Numbered from the stretch's first letter, positions 18,694-28,487 are shown. The stretch: 64,000 nucleotides of DNA from a virus (IMGVR_UViG_2974588491_000001:314380-378379), one strand, 5' to 3'. Made by a program: numbers and translations. The notes: generated from the letters alone by a model not told the origin.

Positions 18694-19668
18694 ATGGTTG
18701 CTAAGTTAACACAAAAAGAAGTTGAAAAGAAAGTCCAAAATAAATGCAAAAAACTGAATTATAAAGTTGAAAAGTTTGTATATACAACTGCTAAAAAAAC
18801 TAAACTATTACTTACATGCGATAATGGACATACATGGAATAGTACTTCGGTTGAAAACTTTTTAAGACTTTCTACTGGATGCCCCAAATGCAGTGGTACT
18901 AAGAAGCTGTCTCAGACTGAAGCAGAAGAAAATGTCAAATTAAAATGTTTAGAACTTAACTATACATGTGAACCATTCGATTACATATCTTCTAGAAAAA
19001 CTTTATTGACACTGACTTGTAATAACGGGCATACATGGAATACTACTACATATCACAAATTACTACAGGCAAACATAAATTATGGTTGTTGTAAAAAATG
19101 TGGTTCAATGAAATCTTCTGAAAAAATGAGGTTTGATAAAAATGATGTTCTACAAAAAATTAATTTAAGGTGTAAAGAATTAAATTATAAATGTGGTGAA
19201 TTTGAATACATTAGTAGTGTTAAAACTAAACTTCCATTAACGTGCAATAAAGGACATTCATGGAATACTACTATTTGTAGAGATTTTTTAAATGGTTCAT
19301 TATGTCCTATATGTAAAGGGCATTCACAAAAGATTGCATACATTAATTTAATAAGTGATGGTGATATTTCTATAGGATTAAAATATGGAATTGAAAGCAC
19401 TAAAGGTAGGAGATGTAAACAACAAAATTACAGTAGTTCTTTTAACATAAAAAGGATCAAAAGTTTTGAATTCGAAACTGTCGATCTTTGCAAAAATGCC
19501 GAAAGCGAATGTAAAAAAATGTTCCAAGCAGAAAACATACGTCTTATTAAGAAAAAAGGAATTTTTACAAAAAAAGAATTACCTGATGGCTATACTGAAA
19601 CTACTTATATTAAAAATATAGACAAAATAATAGAAATTTATAAAAAATACGGCGGTGTTGAAATATGA
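18694..19668 (+). CDS. protein with three tandem ~70-aa repeats, each (L/F)TC(D/N)NGH(T/S)WN...C(P/K)(K/I)C
   Basis: internal triplication visible in the translation; Cys spacing suggests zinc-ribbon units. Confidence 0.6.
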   Translation: MVAKLTQKEVEKKVQNKCKKLNYKVEKFVYTTAKKTKLLLTCDNGHTWNSTSVENFLRLSTGCPKCSGTKKLSQTEAEENVKLKCLELNYTCEPFDYISSRKTLLTLTCNNGHTWNTTTYHKLLQANINYGCCKKCGSMKSSEKMRFDKNDVLQKINLRCKELNYKCGEFEYISSVKTKLPLTCNKGHSWNTTICRDFLNGSLCPICKGHSQKIAYINLISDGDISIGLKYGIESTKGRRCKQQNYSSSFNIKRIKSFEFETVDLCKNAESECKKMFQAENIRLIKKKGIFTKKELPDGYTETTYIKNIDKIIEIYKKYGGVEI

Positions 19669-19723
19669 AATACAGTTATGATTCATTGGATTTTAATAAC
19701 GACCTTAAAAATGTATGATAAAA

Positions 19724-19756
19724 ATATTGACTTCGGTCAGCCCTTTTTGTTATAAT
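19724..19756 (+). promoter_or_regulatory. degenerate PeSL (TTGACTTCGGTCAGCCC, T-run, TATAAT)
   Basis: 18-bp spacer promoter. Confidence 0.5.
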
Positions 19757-19783
19757 GAACCTATCATATATAGAGATACAATT

Positions 19784-20080
19784 ATGTTAGATGAAATTTA
19801 TTTAAAACTGTTGAAGAATCCACAAAATGGATTAAACATTGATATTCATTTTCAAAATGGAAACAATGTTAATATTCTGTTTATCGATAACCTGTATCAT
19901 ATTTTCAGTACTAATGGTATTGTTATGTTGGATCATTGGTATAGCCGTCGATTATTGAATATCAAAAAACGATTAGAAAAACTTTATAATGAGTTTGGTG
20001 AATCGGGTGCAGTAATTACTAAAATCAATAATGATGTACTAGCCAGTTATTATCAAATAAAAGAACAAGTTGGAGTTTAA
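19784..20080 (+). CDS. hypothetical protein
   Basis: ATG downstream of the PeSL; the ORF-track N-terminus LTSVSPF is just the translated PeSL. Confidence 0.5.
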   Translation: MLDEIYLKLLKNPQNGLNIDIHFQNGNNVNILFIDNLYHIFSTNGIVMLDHWYSRRLLNIKKRLEKLYNEFGESGAVITKINNDVLASYYQIKEQVGV

Positions 20081-20255
20081 TATGAAAGATGAAAATGTTA
20101 AGAAAGGTTTAGTAGTTTCCTATAGTGTTGTTACTAAAATGAATCCTATTGAAACAAAAGTAGAGACGCTACTCTTTGAAGATATTGAAGAAGGTCGTGA
20201 GTTCGCAAAGAACCACACTACTATCAGTAAAGAAATTGTTCAGTTCGTTAAATGA
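20070..20255 (+). CDS. small hypothetical protein
   Basis: 61-aa ORF. Confidence 0.4.
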   Translation: MEFNMKDENVKKGLVVSYSVVTKMNPIETKVETLLFEDIEEGREFAKNHTTISKEIVQFVK

Positions 20256-20257
20256 AA

Positions 20258-20293
20258 AAAGGGTTGACTTCGGTCAGCCCTTTTTTGTATAAT
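20258..20293 (+). promoter_or_regulatory. PeSL cassette (hairpin/terminator + TTGACT-18-TATAAT)
   Basis: GGGTTGACTTCGGTCAGCCC TTTTTTG TATAAT. Confidence 0.65.
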
Positions 20294-20320
20294 ACGGCAA
20301 TGAAATCAGGGAGTTCCACA

Positions 20321-20755
20321 ATGACACGTATTAATTTAGTTCCAGTACAAGAATTAGCCGATCAACATTTGATGGCCGAATATCGTGAATTGCCACGTGT
20401 GTTCGGTGCAGTTCAAAAGCATATTGATGCTGGTAAGAAAATTAAAGATTTTAAAATCAACCAAACTTATATTCTTGGTACTGGTCATGTAACATTCTTC
20501 TATGATAAATTGCTATTCTTATCTTTACGACATGAACAAATAGTACTTGAATGTTTAAAACGTGGAATAAAAATTAGTAATATCGATAAGTATGATGTTT
20601 CTAGTTTTCCTTCTGTGTGGTGTAATGATTATATTCCAACAGAAGCAGAAATAAGTATTTCACGTACTCGTTTGATTGAAAAGTTAAAAATTAAACCTTC
20701 TTGGTACAGGTTCAGTACTGATTCAGTTCCTAAGTATTTTGAAGAAATGCTATAA
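20321..20755 (+). CDS. denV: pyrimidine-dimer DNA glycosylase / endonuclease V
   Basis: N-terminus [34 protein letters not shown] nearly identical to T4 endonuclease V ([34 protein letters not shown]); [10 protein letters not shown] also conserved. Confidence 0.85.
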   Translation: MTRINLVPVQELADQHLMAEYRELPRVFGAVQKHIDAGKKIKDFKINQTYILGTGHVTFFYDKLLFLSLRHEQIVLECLKRGIKISNIDKYDVSSFPSVWCNDYIPTEAEISISRTRLIEKLKIKPSWYRFSTDSVPKYFEEML

Positions 20756-20818
20756 CTTTGACTTTTTCTCAGCACTGTCTACTATATTAATTCCTTGCAG
20801 AAAAACAGTAGGTATATT

Positions 20819-21004
20819 ATGATAAGTCAATATCTAGTAGATCGCCTGAAAGAAAAAGGTTTTAAAATTGTCAGCCAGGATGATAGTGAAGTTGTGGTGA
20901 AAGGTACACTTCATGGTTCATCCGTAGGAAACTGGACAACTGAAGAAGACGTACCACTGTACAACGACCGTGAAATTCGTAAGTTTCTGGAAGTTCACGG
21001 ATAA
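20819..21004 (+). CDS. small hypothetical protein
   Basis: ATG after AGGTA, in frame with ORF 20795..21004. Confidence 0.45.
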   Translation: MISQYLVDRLKEKGFKIVSQDDSEVVVKGTLHGSSVGNWTTEEDVPLYNDREIRKFLEVHG

Positions 21005-21014
21005 TTTTAAGAAA

Positions 21015-21049
21015 AGGGTTGACTTCGGTCAGCCCTTTTTGCTATACTC
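21015..21049 (+). promoter_or_regulatory. PeSL cassette
   Basis: GGGTTGACTTCGGTCAGCCC TTTTTGC TATACT. Confidence 0.6.
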
Positions 21050-21078
21050 TCTGTACTGTATAGTCAGAGGAAAATAAG

Positions 21079-21474
21079 ATGATTAGTACTTCTATCAATC
21101 ATGAATCGGCAATGCGTGTTCACGGTGTATTGAAAGGTAAACCAAATCTATTCATCAACGAAGAATTGCTTTTTGAAATATCAGAAGCAACTAAAATTTT
21201 AATTGAGGCTTATGCGAATCGCAACAACTCGCGTAAAGAGTACGATTACTATATCAGTATGGTAGAAACTTATCTGGTAGATTATCATCGTACTACACCA
21301 GAAGCATTCGTACATTTCATTCGTTCGATCACCGATAATAACATTTGTATTCGGTACGATGATGTACCATATTTTCGTGAAATTGTTCGGATGTATGGTC
21401 CGTTAATTCGTTATGCTCGTTGTATCAAATGGGATGAATATGAAAGTTTTGAAATGGGAGTACTAGGAGCATGA
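21079..21474 (+). CDS. hypothetical protein
   Basis: 131-aa ORF with GAGGAAAA RBS. Confidence 0.55.
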   Translation: MISTSINHESAMRVHGVLKGKPNLFINEELLFEISEATKILIEAYANRNNSRKEYDYYISMVETYLVDYHRTTPEAFVHFIRSITDNNICIRYDDVPYFREIVRMYGPLIRYARCIKWDEYESFEMGVLGA

Positions 21475-21665
21475 CTTCATTTCGTCGATTTACTATAGCC
21501 TTTTGGGGCGGTCATGTTATCGGTGCAGTTGGGTTAATCGTTGGTATGATTCTGATGGTGCAACATCAAGATTTTACATACTTAATTGGTTCAGCGATAT
21601 GTGGATTGATTGTTGCATTCTCATACGTACAACTTATGTTTAAATTCGTAAAGGTGAAATCATGA
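21471..21665 (+). CDS. small membrane protein
   Basis: two hydrophobic helices; ATGA coupling. Confidence 0.45.
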   Translation: MTSFRRFTIAFWGGHVIGAVGLIVGMILMVQHQDFTYLIGSAICGLIVAFSYVQLMFKFVKVKS

Positions 21666-21895
21666 TTTATCAATATGCTATCGTCGATGAAGAATCAGAA
21701 GAAGTAATTGGTAAGTATGTTAATACTGTTAAACCTTTTAAAATGCGTAACGTGATTTATACCCTGAAATCGCCCGATGGTGAAGTACTGTCACAAGGTA
21801 AAGCATTTCTTTCCAGGGCTGAAAAGTTTTGGGATCAGGTGAAAGATCCTCTGTACAGTGCGAATCAGAAAAACAATCTGATTATCGGTGGTTAA
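21662..21895 (+). CDS. small hypothetical protein
   Basis: ATGA coupling. Confidence 0.45.
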   Translation: MIYQYAIVDEESEEVIGKYVNTVKPFKMRNVIYTLKSPDGEVLSQGKAFLSRAEKFWDQVKDPLYSANQKNNLIIGG

Positions 21896-22569
21896 TTAAA
21901 TGAAACCACGGATTTTTTTATGGTATAATCATATAGACAATCCTGCTTGATAGGGAGAGAAATCTTCCTAATGATTGAATCCCTACTTCGATGAAAATGT
22001 AATTGGAGAGTTGAGAAGTTCAGGCAGTTCGGAGAGCAAAAGAAACCCGTTAGGAGATGGCATAGTTTGTACCACCCACGGCAATGCGGCTCTATAAAGA
22101 AGTACATCTAATCGTTACCAGTACTTCCTCGATAGACATATAAGTGCAACCTTACCAAAAACGATAAGGGAGAATATGCACCAATTTTGTACAATATAGA
22201 TCCGTCCAAAATTTGTGAATCATATTCAAGTACTTTGTTTGATTGTATAGACAAGTATTAAGTGAGCTAAGACCTCGACCGTTGTTAGAACTGAAATAGG
22301 AAGAAACAGGACAACCCGCTTCCGTGCTGAAAAGTAATTTTCAATACAATTGCCGACGACTATCATCGTCAGTTTTCATCCTCCTGCGGGGGGATGAAAT
22401 TGCCTCTACAAATCTCGTCAGTAATAAATGTGTTGAACAGTACAACGATTGAATTTTAAATATGATTTTCTTGCAGCGAAGCGTAAGAAAATCCTTGACT
22501 TGCTTCAGCAAGGCGAGTACACTACTCGAATTGAAGCATAAACAAATCATAAAATATGAGGTACATCTG

Positions 22570-23373
22570 ATGGGTACAATCCTGATGAAAGCAGAACTGC
22601 AAGATGTTTCGGTTGATAATATTAAGCAGTACTGCTTCGATCATTTAAATGGTCGTGAAGTTGAATTCTTTGCAACTCGCCCACAATTGCGTGAAGCTTT
22701 GGTCAAAGCTGACATTAGTCCATCTTTGCAGCATAGCTTGAATAGTTATAAAACTCTCACACGTGATGAGTGTATTTCTATTTTGGAAAATAGCTCGCAA
22801 ATCTGGAATTCGATTGTAACTGATTACCAGTACGATCTCGATCTTCTGTATAAAGTTGCAAATAAAATCAATTTGTCATACGTGGATTGTCAGGAAAGTC
22901 TTGACGTTGCATTTGTTAAACAATACGCAGATTCAATGGACATTTCTGATTTTGTTTCTCGCCGTATTAATAACGGCACGATTGAACAATTCTTTGAAGT
23001 TCCACAAGTAATGAACCGTTATATGCGTACTGCGGTTCGTTGGAGCATTAGCCGTCCTGAACTGGTAAGTTTTATTGCTCGTCATAAAACTGATATTCAG
23101 CGTACAGAAATTGAAAAATTTGTTGATGAACTGTATAATAAGCCGGTTAGTGAAGAAACATTGACTGCTGCATATTCAGATCATCGCCGTGCTTCTCACA
23201 GTGTTGATACTGTAGTTAGCTACTTCAAACGTAATCGTACTAAAGTTGAATACGCTACGTGGGATGATTATGTACTGGATTGTCAACGTACTGGTGATGA
23301 TGGCCTGGCTGATTGCTGGTTCCGTGATTTCTTCCGTCCAGAAATTTGTGAGTACGCTGGCATCCAAATTTAA
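22570..23373 (+). CDS. acidic protein, member 1 of a four-gene paralog family
   Basis: GAGG RBS; shares ESLDVAFVKQYADSMDISDFVSRR-type motif with 24520..25044. Confidence 0.6.
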   Translation: MGTILMKAELQDVSVDNIKQYCFDHLNGREVEFFATRPQLREALVKADISPSLQHSLNSYKTLTRDECISILENSSQIWNSIVTDYQYDLDLLYKVANKINLSYVDCQESLDVAFVKQYADSMDISDFVSRRINNGTIEQFFEVPQVMNRYMRTAVRWSISRPELVSFIARHKTDIQRTEIEKFVDELYNKPVSEETLTAAYSDHRRASHSVDTVVSYFKRNRTKVEYATWDDYVLDCQRTGDDGLADCWFRDFFRPEICEYAGIQI

Positions 23374-23382
23374 AAAATACAT

Positions 23383-23410
23383 TGACGTGGCACATTTTTT
23401 GTGCCATAAT
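23383..23410 (+). promoter_or_regulatory. promoter with hairpin in the spacer (TTGACG...CATAAT)
   Basis: gtggcacattttttgtgccat stem-loop between -35 and -10. Confidence 0.45.
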
Positions 23411-23442
23411 ATCGGTACTTTCTTAGAACAAGGCAAAAAAAC

Positions 23443-24453
23443 ATGTTAACCATTAAGTCCGAAAAAACTTCTCTCATGGATCTGAGCATCAATGAACTTT
23501 CAAATGTTGCATGGGAATATCTTGAAGTTGAAGAATTCGTTGATGATTTGAATAATCCGAACTTCCTCGCACGTATGATGTACGGCAAAAATAAAGAAGT
23601 ACTTGCATCTTTGACGAAGTGCGACAACTTCATTGCTTATGTACCAGAAGCATTTCTGGCGAAAATGATCGATGCCCGTAAAATTCAAACTGAACATTTT
23701 AAAATCGGTTCATCGATGTTCTATGATGGAAAACAATACTCAATCGAATTTCTCAATAAGTACGGTGCACACATTGACATGTACCATGTTGAAAATCAGA
23801 AAAGTATTACTCCTGAATTCCTTGAGAAATACCATGATGAAATCGATGTAAGTTCATTCTGGTCACGTTTTGATCGTACCTTTGGTATCGAAAATTTGAA
23901 ACATTTCGCTACTTATAAAAATGGTATGTTCCTTGAAGAAATTCAAGAATCTGAAGCAATTCGTTATTTGACTATTAGCGATCTCGAAAGTCTCGATATG
24001 CCAGTACCGGATTATTACCATAACGTAATGACTGAACAGCGTGTCATGAGTGGTGATCCATGTAATGATGGTCAACGTTCATTCAGTATTTGGTTGCGTA
24101 AGTATCGCCGTGTTTCAAATAATCCAACTGGATTCCCAACATGGAATGATCTTCTGGAACTTTATAAAAAGTACCCACGAATGAATCAGCACAACTATGT
24201 TGATTGGCTTCATGATCGTGCAGTAACTAATCGCGAAGATTACGTTAACGAATATCCAGAACATTTGTCCTATTCACCAAGTAATATTTCGTTCGGTGAG
24301 TATCGTGATATTGCGGGTGAAGATCATAAAGAAGAAGATTATGCCATTGAGTTTTCTGACGTACTTCAACCGGAAATTACACCGGATGTACAAGTTGCTC
24401 GCCGTGTTCCTGCACGTGATCCGGTAACTGGTCGCTTTGTTTCAGCAAACTAA
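23443..24453 (+). CDS. acidic protein, paralog family member 2
   Basis: 336-aa ORF; IDVSSFWSRFDRT motif. Confidence 0.6.
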   Translation: MLTIKSEKTSLMDLSINELSNVAWEYLEVEEFVDDLNNPNFLARMMYGKNKEVLASLTKCDNFIAYVPEAFLAKMIDARKIQTEHFKIGSSMFYDGKQYSIEFLNKYGAHIDMYHVENQKSITPEFLEKYHDEIDVSSFWSRFDRTFGIENLKHFATYKNGMFLEEIQESEAIRYLTISDLESLDMPVPDYYHNVMTEQRVMSGDPCNDGQRSFSIWLRKYRRVSNNPTGFPTWNDLLELYKKYPRMNQHNYVDWLHDRAVTNREDYVNEYPEHLSYSPSNISFGEYRDIAGEDHKEEDYAIEFSDVLQPEITPDVQVARRVPARDPVTGRFVSAN

Positions 24454-24473
24454 AAAACTAACTTAGTACTATA

Positions 24474-24503
24474 TAATGCCAAACATCGTGTTTGGCATTT
24501 TTT
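24474..24503 (+). terminator. rho-independent terminator
   Basis: atgccaaacatcgtgtttggcat followed by a T-run. Confidence 0.6.
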
Positions 24504-24519
24504 ATTAAAAGGTATTTGT

Positions 24520-25044
24520 ATGTCAACAATTACAGCAACAAAACATGTTTCAATCGATACACTCAGTGAATTACTGAATGCAATCAAAACTTATGGTAAA
24601 GATAAGGTAAGTGCTGATAATATGTATGAACTGTTTCGTGCAAGCATTAACAACATTAACACTGCCGAATGGTATGAACTAATTGAAATCGGTAGCGATG
24701 ATTTAGTTGCCAGTACTATCAGTGAACTCTTTGCACATAATCATTTCCGTACACCATTCGTAAATGCTTTTGGTGTAACTGAAGAAGAATTTACTTCTCG
24801 TCTAATCAATATTGCATTAGAACGTGATCTACATTTGTCTCGTGTTCCACCTTGCACTACAATTGAACAGCTTAATGATTTGGCTGAGCGTGACTTAGTA
24901 TCTTTGTATTTTGTTGAACATGTTGAATCAATTGATCTTGACTTTGTTCGCAAATATGCTGATGGTCTAGATTTGGGTGCTGTTGCTCGCCATTCTAATA
25001 AGCAAGATGTACGTGAATTTGCACAAGAACTATATTACAATTAA
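24520..25044 (+). CDS. acidic protein, paralog family member 3
   Basis: ESIDLDFVRKYADGLDLGAVARHS motif. Confidence 0.6.
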   Translation: MSTITATKHVSIDTLSELLNAIKTYGKDKVSADNMYELFRASINNINTAEWYELIEIGSDDLVASTISELFAHNHFRTPFVNAFGVTEEEFTSRLINIALERDLHLSRVPPCTTIEQLNDLAERDLVSLYFVEHVESIDLDFVRKYADGLDLGAVARHSNKQDVREFAQELYYN

Positions 25045-25053
25045 GGATTACTG

Positions 25054-25848
25054 ATGTATATTGAAATTACACACGATTACGATGTTAAAGAAGTTGCAAA
25101 GGATATTCGTAGTTTCTGCTTCCGTGATGATATTACAGTAAAAGATTTCATTGCTTTAGTGGAAGAACTGGAACCAGAACGTTATCTTGAATTGTTTTAT
25201 CGCAATGTTCTTGAGAATGTTAAAGGTGAGCTTCCAGATGATTTGGTTGAACTACTACTAACGTCACAACTTACTGTGGGTCATATTATTGGTTCATGTA
25301 AAGTATCCGATGCTATGGTTCAAAACATCATTGATAACCGTCTACGTGAAGTTGATAGCGAAAAACTTATCAGTACTCAAAATCTAACTTTCGAACAGTT
25401 TGAAACTGTTCTCAAAAATGGTTCAGACATTTATACTAGTTCACTTGGTTCTATGCTTGGTGATCTACGTAATGTAGAATATGCATTGTATGTAATTGAT
25501 AATTGGGATCAAATTCCATCTATTGCAGATGAAGATATTGCTGAATTCCGTTATTATCTTTTCAATGGCTTTGGTTCAGTACTGCTTTCTGATGAAGAAT
25601 GTCTGAAACTATTTGGATTTGTGCGTCCAGCATTTAGCTCCGAAGAACTTCGTGAACATGAACCATGTACAGAAGGCTGGAAACGTGCATACAAATGGGC
25701 TGGTCGTAGTGATACGAAGTACACATGGAACGAATTTATCGCCCGTCATATTCTTGCGAACCAGAATAACGTTGAAGGTGCAAAATCAGATCTAGAGTGG
25801 TTAGCTGAATCTTTATCTGATGAGCAGGATTATTTTGATCACTGGTAA
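25054..25848 (+). CDS. acidic protein, probable paralog family member 4
   Basis: 264-aa ORF in the same array. Confidence 0.55.
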   Translation: MYIEITHDYDVKEVAKDIRSFCFRDDITVKDFIALVEELEPERYLELFYRNVLENVKGELPDDLVELLLTSQLTVGHIIGSCKVSDAMVQNIIDNRLREVDSEKLISTQNLTFEQFETVLKNGSDIYTSSLGSMLGDLRNVEYALYVIDNWDQIPSIADEDIAEFRYYLFNGFGSVLLSDEECLKLFGFVRPAFSSEELREHEPCTEGWKRAYKWAGRSDTKYTWNEFIARHILANQNNVEGAKSDLEWLAESLSDEQDYFDHW

Positions 25849-25914
25849 AAGTACTTGACTTAGGTCATAAGATTTGATAGACTGGATTCCTATAATTGAA
25901 AGGAGTCCAGTTTA

Positions 25915-26481
25915 ATGTTTAAGTTAGATAATGTGTACAAAAACACATGTTGTATGTGTTGTGGTATTCCACAGGAAAGTCCACGTTTTTTTGTAAAAGA
26001 AGATGGAACTAAAGTTCGTGTAACAGTAGATCATGTTCTTTTGCGTTCACTTGATGGACCAAATACAGCAGACAACTTAGTACTTATGTGTCATGATTGT
26101 AATCAGATGCGTGGTAACTTGTTCGCTGAACTTTCGGAATTCATTGATTGGTACTGGAGCGATACTCCTTTGCCTAAAGAAAAGAACTTTTCATATTTGC
26201 GTGGTAAACATCGTGTGAATAGTAAGTTCGATAGGTATACGTTTAAAGGTAATAACTTTGTAAAATCATCTACTCGTATCTTAGATGAAAATGATAATAC
26301 TATTCGTATACAACAAAAGAATATAAATTCTAAACAAGTAATTCCAGTACTTAAACCAAAATCATCTTCGTCAGTTCTTATAGGAACGATTGAACTCAAT
26401 GGTTATGTGTACGAACAATATAAACATCCTTTATTCGGAACAAGTCTGGTGAAAGTAGAATCTCACCAACAGGAACAATAA
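25915..26481 (+). CDS. HNH endonuclease-like protein (paralog of 29038..29958)
   Basis: TVDHVLLRSLDGPNTADNLVLMCHDCNQMRGN HNH core; Cys cluster CCMCCG. Confidence 0.65.
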   Translation: MFKLDNVYKNTCCMCCGIPQESPRFFVKEDGTKVRVTVDHVLLRSLDGPNTADNLVLMCHDCNQMRGNLFAELSEFIDWYWSDTPLPKEKNFSYLRGKHRVNSKFDRYTFKGNNFVKSSTRILDENDNTIRIQQKNINSKQVIPVLKPKSSSSVLIGTIELNGYVYEQYKHPLFGTSLVKVESHQQEQ

Positions 26482-26482
26482 T

Positions 26483-26803
26483 ATGAACGCATTTGGATTT
26501 ATGGTTGGAACAGTACTGGTTAATACCTTATTCGTATTTGATGTATTCATTTCCAAATACCAACGTCGCTGGTCACTTTGGGGTTCAACAATGACTGTTA
26601 TTGTTGAGAGCTATAATGTATTCCTCGTTACTCCAATATGGACACTAATTAGTTTATGGTTCAGTGGTTTGATCTTTGGTGATTCGGTAAACATTGTGCA
26701 AGTATGTGTGAGTGTAATGTTTTGGGTATACATTGTAGTACTGTACGGTTTTAGTACTCACAAATATTACGAATGGAAAGTACCGGAGATGAAAAAAGAG
26801 TAA
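26483..26803 (+). CDS. membrane protein
   Basis: three hydrophobic helices. Confidence 0.45.
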   Translation: MNAFGFMVGTVLVNTLFVFDVFISKYQRRWSLWGSTMTVIVESYNVFLVTPIWTLISLWFSGLIFGDSVNIVQVCVSVMFWVYIVVLYGFSTHKYYEWKVPEMKKE

Positions 26804-27990
26804 TGACTTATAAAATATGGCAACCCAGGATAACCTCAATTGAAGTTCTTGGTAGCATAACTACAACAAATCATACAACAACTGATACAACACCAATACC
26901 TGTTATTAAAAGGAATAATATGATCGCGATTACCGATCCAGTTCGTTTGCAAGTAGAAGATATTCTACGTGCAAGTTTGAAATACGCTTCAAATCTACGT
27001 GTTAAAGATGTAGTACGTTATAAACTTGCCGAGAAGTTTATGAATACTCACAGCGATACTGAGTATTATGTGAATGAAAATGAAAAAGAAGGTAAGAGTA
27101 CTTTCAAACAAGTAGTTAGTACATTTTGTGAGAAACACAATTTGGGTACTATTAGTATGGGATACCAAGAACTTGTATTCAATGAAGAACAAGTAATTGG
27201 TTCAATTTCATTTGTATTCTATACTGATAAAACCTTCGGGTTTGATTACATTATGGATGAAACTCTTGTTGATGATTTCAAACTTTGCATCAAGAATCGT
27301 GAGAACTGTAATAACACTCCTATTCTTAATCGTTTGAGTCTGGACAACATGGGTCGTATGAACGAGAATAACATTCTGTTCAATCCACCTAAGATCAATA
27401 TGCCATCAGAGATCATGTATCCGTGGTTTGATTTTACACCTGAAGAACTTGCAAAAAACTTCATGGATAGTACTGCGAATGTTCTAGTACTATACGGTGA
27501 TCCAGGTACAGGTAAGACTACGTTTATTAAACGTATGTTGCAGGGTGTTGGTTTTGAAGAGAACCGTTCTATTACGGTCGTTGATACACCAGCAGTAATG
27601 CAATCACCAGAACTGGTTAATAATATCTATACGTCTAAACACAAAGATATTTTCATCTTTGAAGATGTTGACCGTCACCTTTATTCACGTGAAGAAGGTA
27701 ATGATATTATGGCTGGTCTATTGAACGCAGCAGAAGGTTTAGCATCACCTGATGTTAAGATCATTATCAGTACTAACATTAAGAATCTTAATGATATTGA
27801 TAGTGCATTGATTCGTCCAGGTCGTTGTTTCAAAACTCTTGAGTTCTTGAAACTACAAAAAGAAGAACAGATTAATGTTCGTAACTTCTTAGGTCTTGAT
27901 GTAGAAGTATGTACTTCTGCAACACAATCTCTTGCAGAAGTAATGAATGAACGTGCAACTACCGGAATGGTTGGTTCAGGTTTTCTGTAA
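26803..27990 (+). CDS. AAA+ ATPase, classic clade
   Basis: Walker A GDPGTGKTT, Walker B IFIFEDVD, second region of homology ending ALIRPGRCF (BCS1/FtsH-like). Confidence 0.7.
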   Translation: MTYKIWQPRITSIEVLGSITTTNHTTTDTTPIPVIKRNNMIAITDPVRLQVEDILRASLKYASNLRVKDVVRYKLAEKFMNTHSDTEYYVNENEKEGKSTFKQVVSTFCEKHNLGTISMGYQELVFNEEQVIGSISFVFYTDKTFGFDYIMDETLVDDFKLCIKNRENCNNTPILNRLSLDNMGRMNENNILFNPPKINMPSEIMYPWFDFTPEELAKNFMDSTANVLVLYGDPGTGKTTFIKRMLQGVGFEENRSITVVDTPAVMQSPELVNNIYTSKHKDIFIFEDVDRHLYSREEGNDIMAGLLNAAEGLASPDVKIIISTNIKNLNDIDSALIRPGRCFKTLEFLKLQKEEQINVRNFLGLDVEVCTSATQSLAEVMNERATTGMVGSGFL

Positions 27991-28001
27991 TTAATTTGGG
28001 A

Positions 28002-28026
28002 TGCTTCGGCATCCCTTTTTTCGTTT
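28002..28026 (+). terminator. rho-independent terminator (UUCG tetraloop)
   Basis: gggatgc-ttcg-gcatccc followed by a T-run. Confidence 0.65.
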
Positions 28027-28044
28027 GACATTTGGGAGTATTTC

Positions 28045-28233
28045 ATGTTATCATATGATGTAGTACTGAAAGGATTAAAAGATGGTGAAGACGTATATGA
28101 AACTATCGAACTCAAAATTGAAGCCGAAACCGAAGTTGAAGTAGATGCATTGATCGCAGATGCTATCTATCAGGTTCGTTTAGATAATATGTATTATAAA
28201 ATGAAATATGTATCTAAGGTAAAATGTGAATGA
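28045..28233 (+). CDS. small acidic protein
   Basis: 62-aa ORF. Confidence 0.45.
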   Translation: MLSYDVVLKGLKDGEDVYETIELKIEAETEVEVDALIADAIYQVRLDNMYYKMKYVSKVKCE

Positions 28234-28487
28234 CCCGAAGTGTACAATCCTATATCAATCGTTATAAAGCATCCTGGAAAACTCGTCGGGATGTAAACAG
28301 TACTATCAAACAATTGCAAGATAAATTGAACTGTCTGATGAAAACACGCTCGAAAGATTTAAGGAACTCTAAGAATCTGGATGAGAAAGTAGCAGTACGC
28401 AATCGTTATGATAACGATATTAAATTTTATGATTACCTTCTGTACATTATTAAGTTAGACTATTATGAGATTGTGAGTGAGTTATGA
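28230..28487 (+). CDS. small basic protein
   Basis: ATGA coupling. Confidence 0.45.
   Translation: MTRSVQSYINRYKASWKTRRDVNSTIKQLQDKLNCLMKTRSKDLRNSKNLDEKVAVRNRYDNDIKFYDYLLYIIKLDYYEIVSEL

Noticed and set aside
19715-20320. ORF-track N-terminal extensions MIKILTSVSPF... (19715) and [14 protein letters not shown]... (20252)
   Set aside because: The shared LTSVSPF is simply the PeSL hairpin (TTGACTTCGGTCAGCCC) read as protein. The true starts are downstream of the promoter: 19784, and 20321 for denV. The latter is confirmed by the T4 EndoV N-terminus MTRINL.
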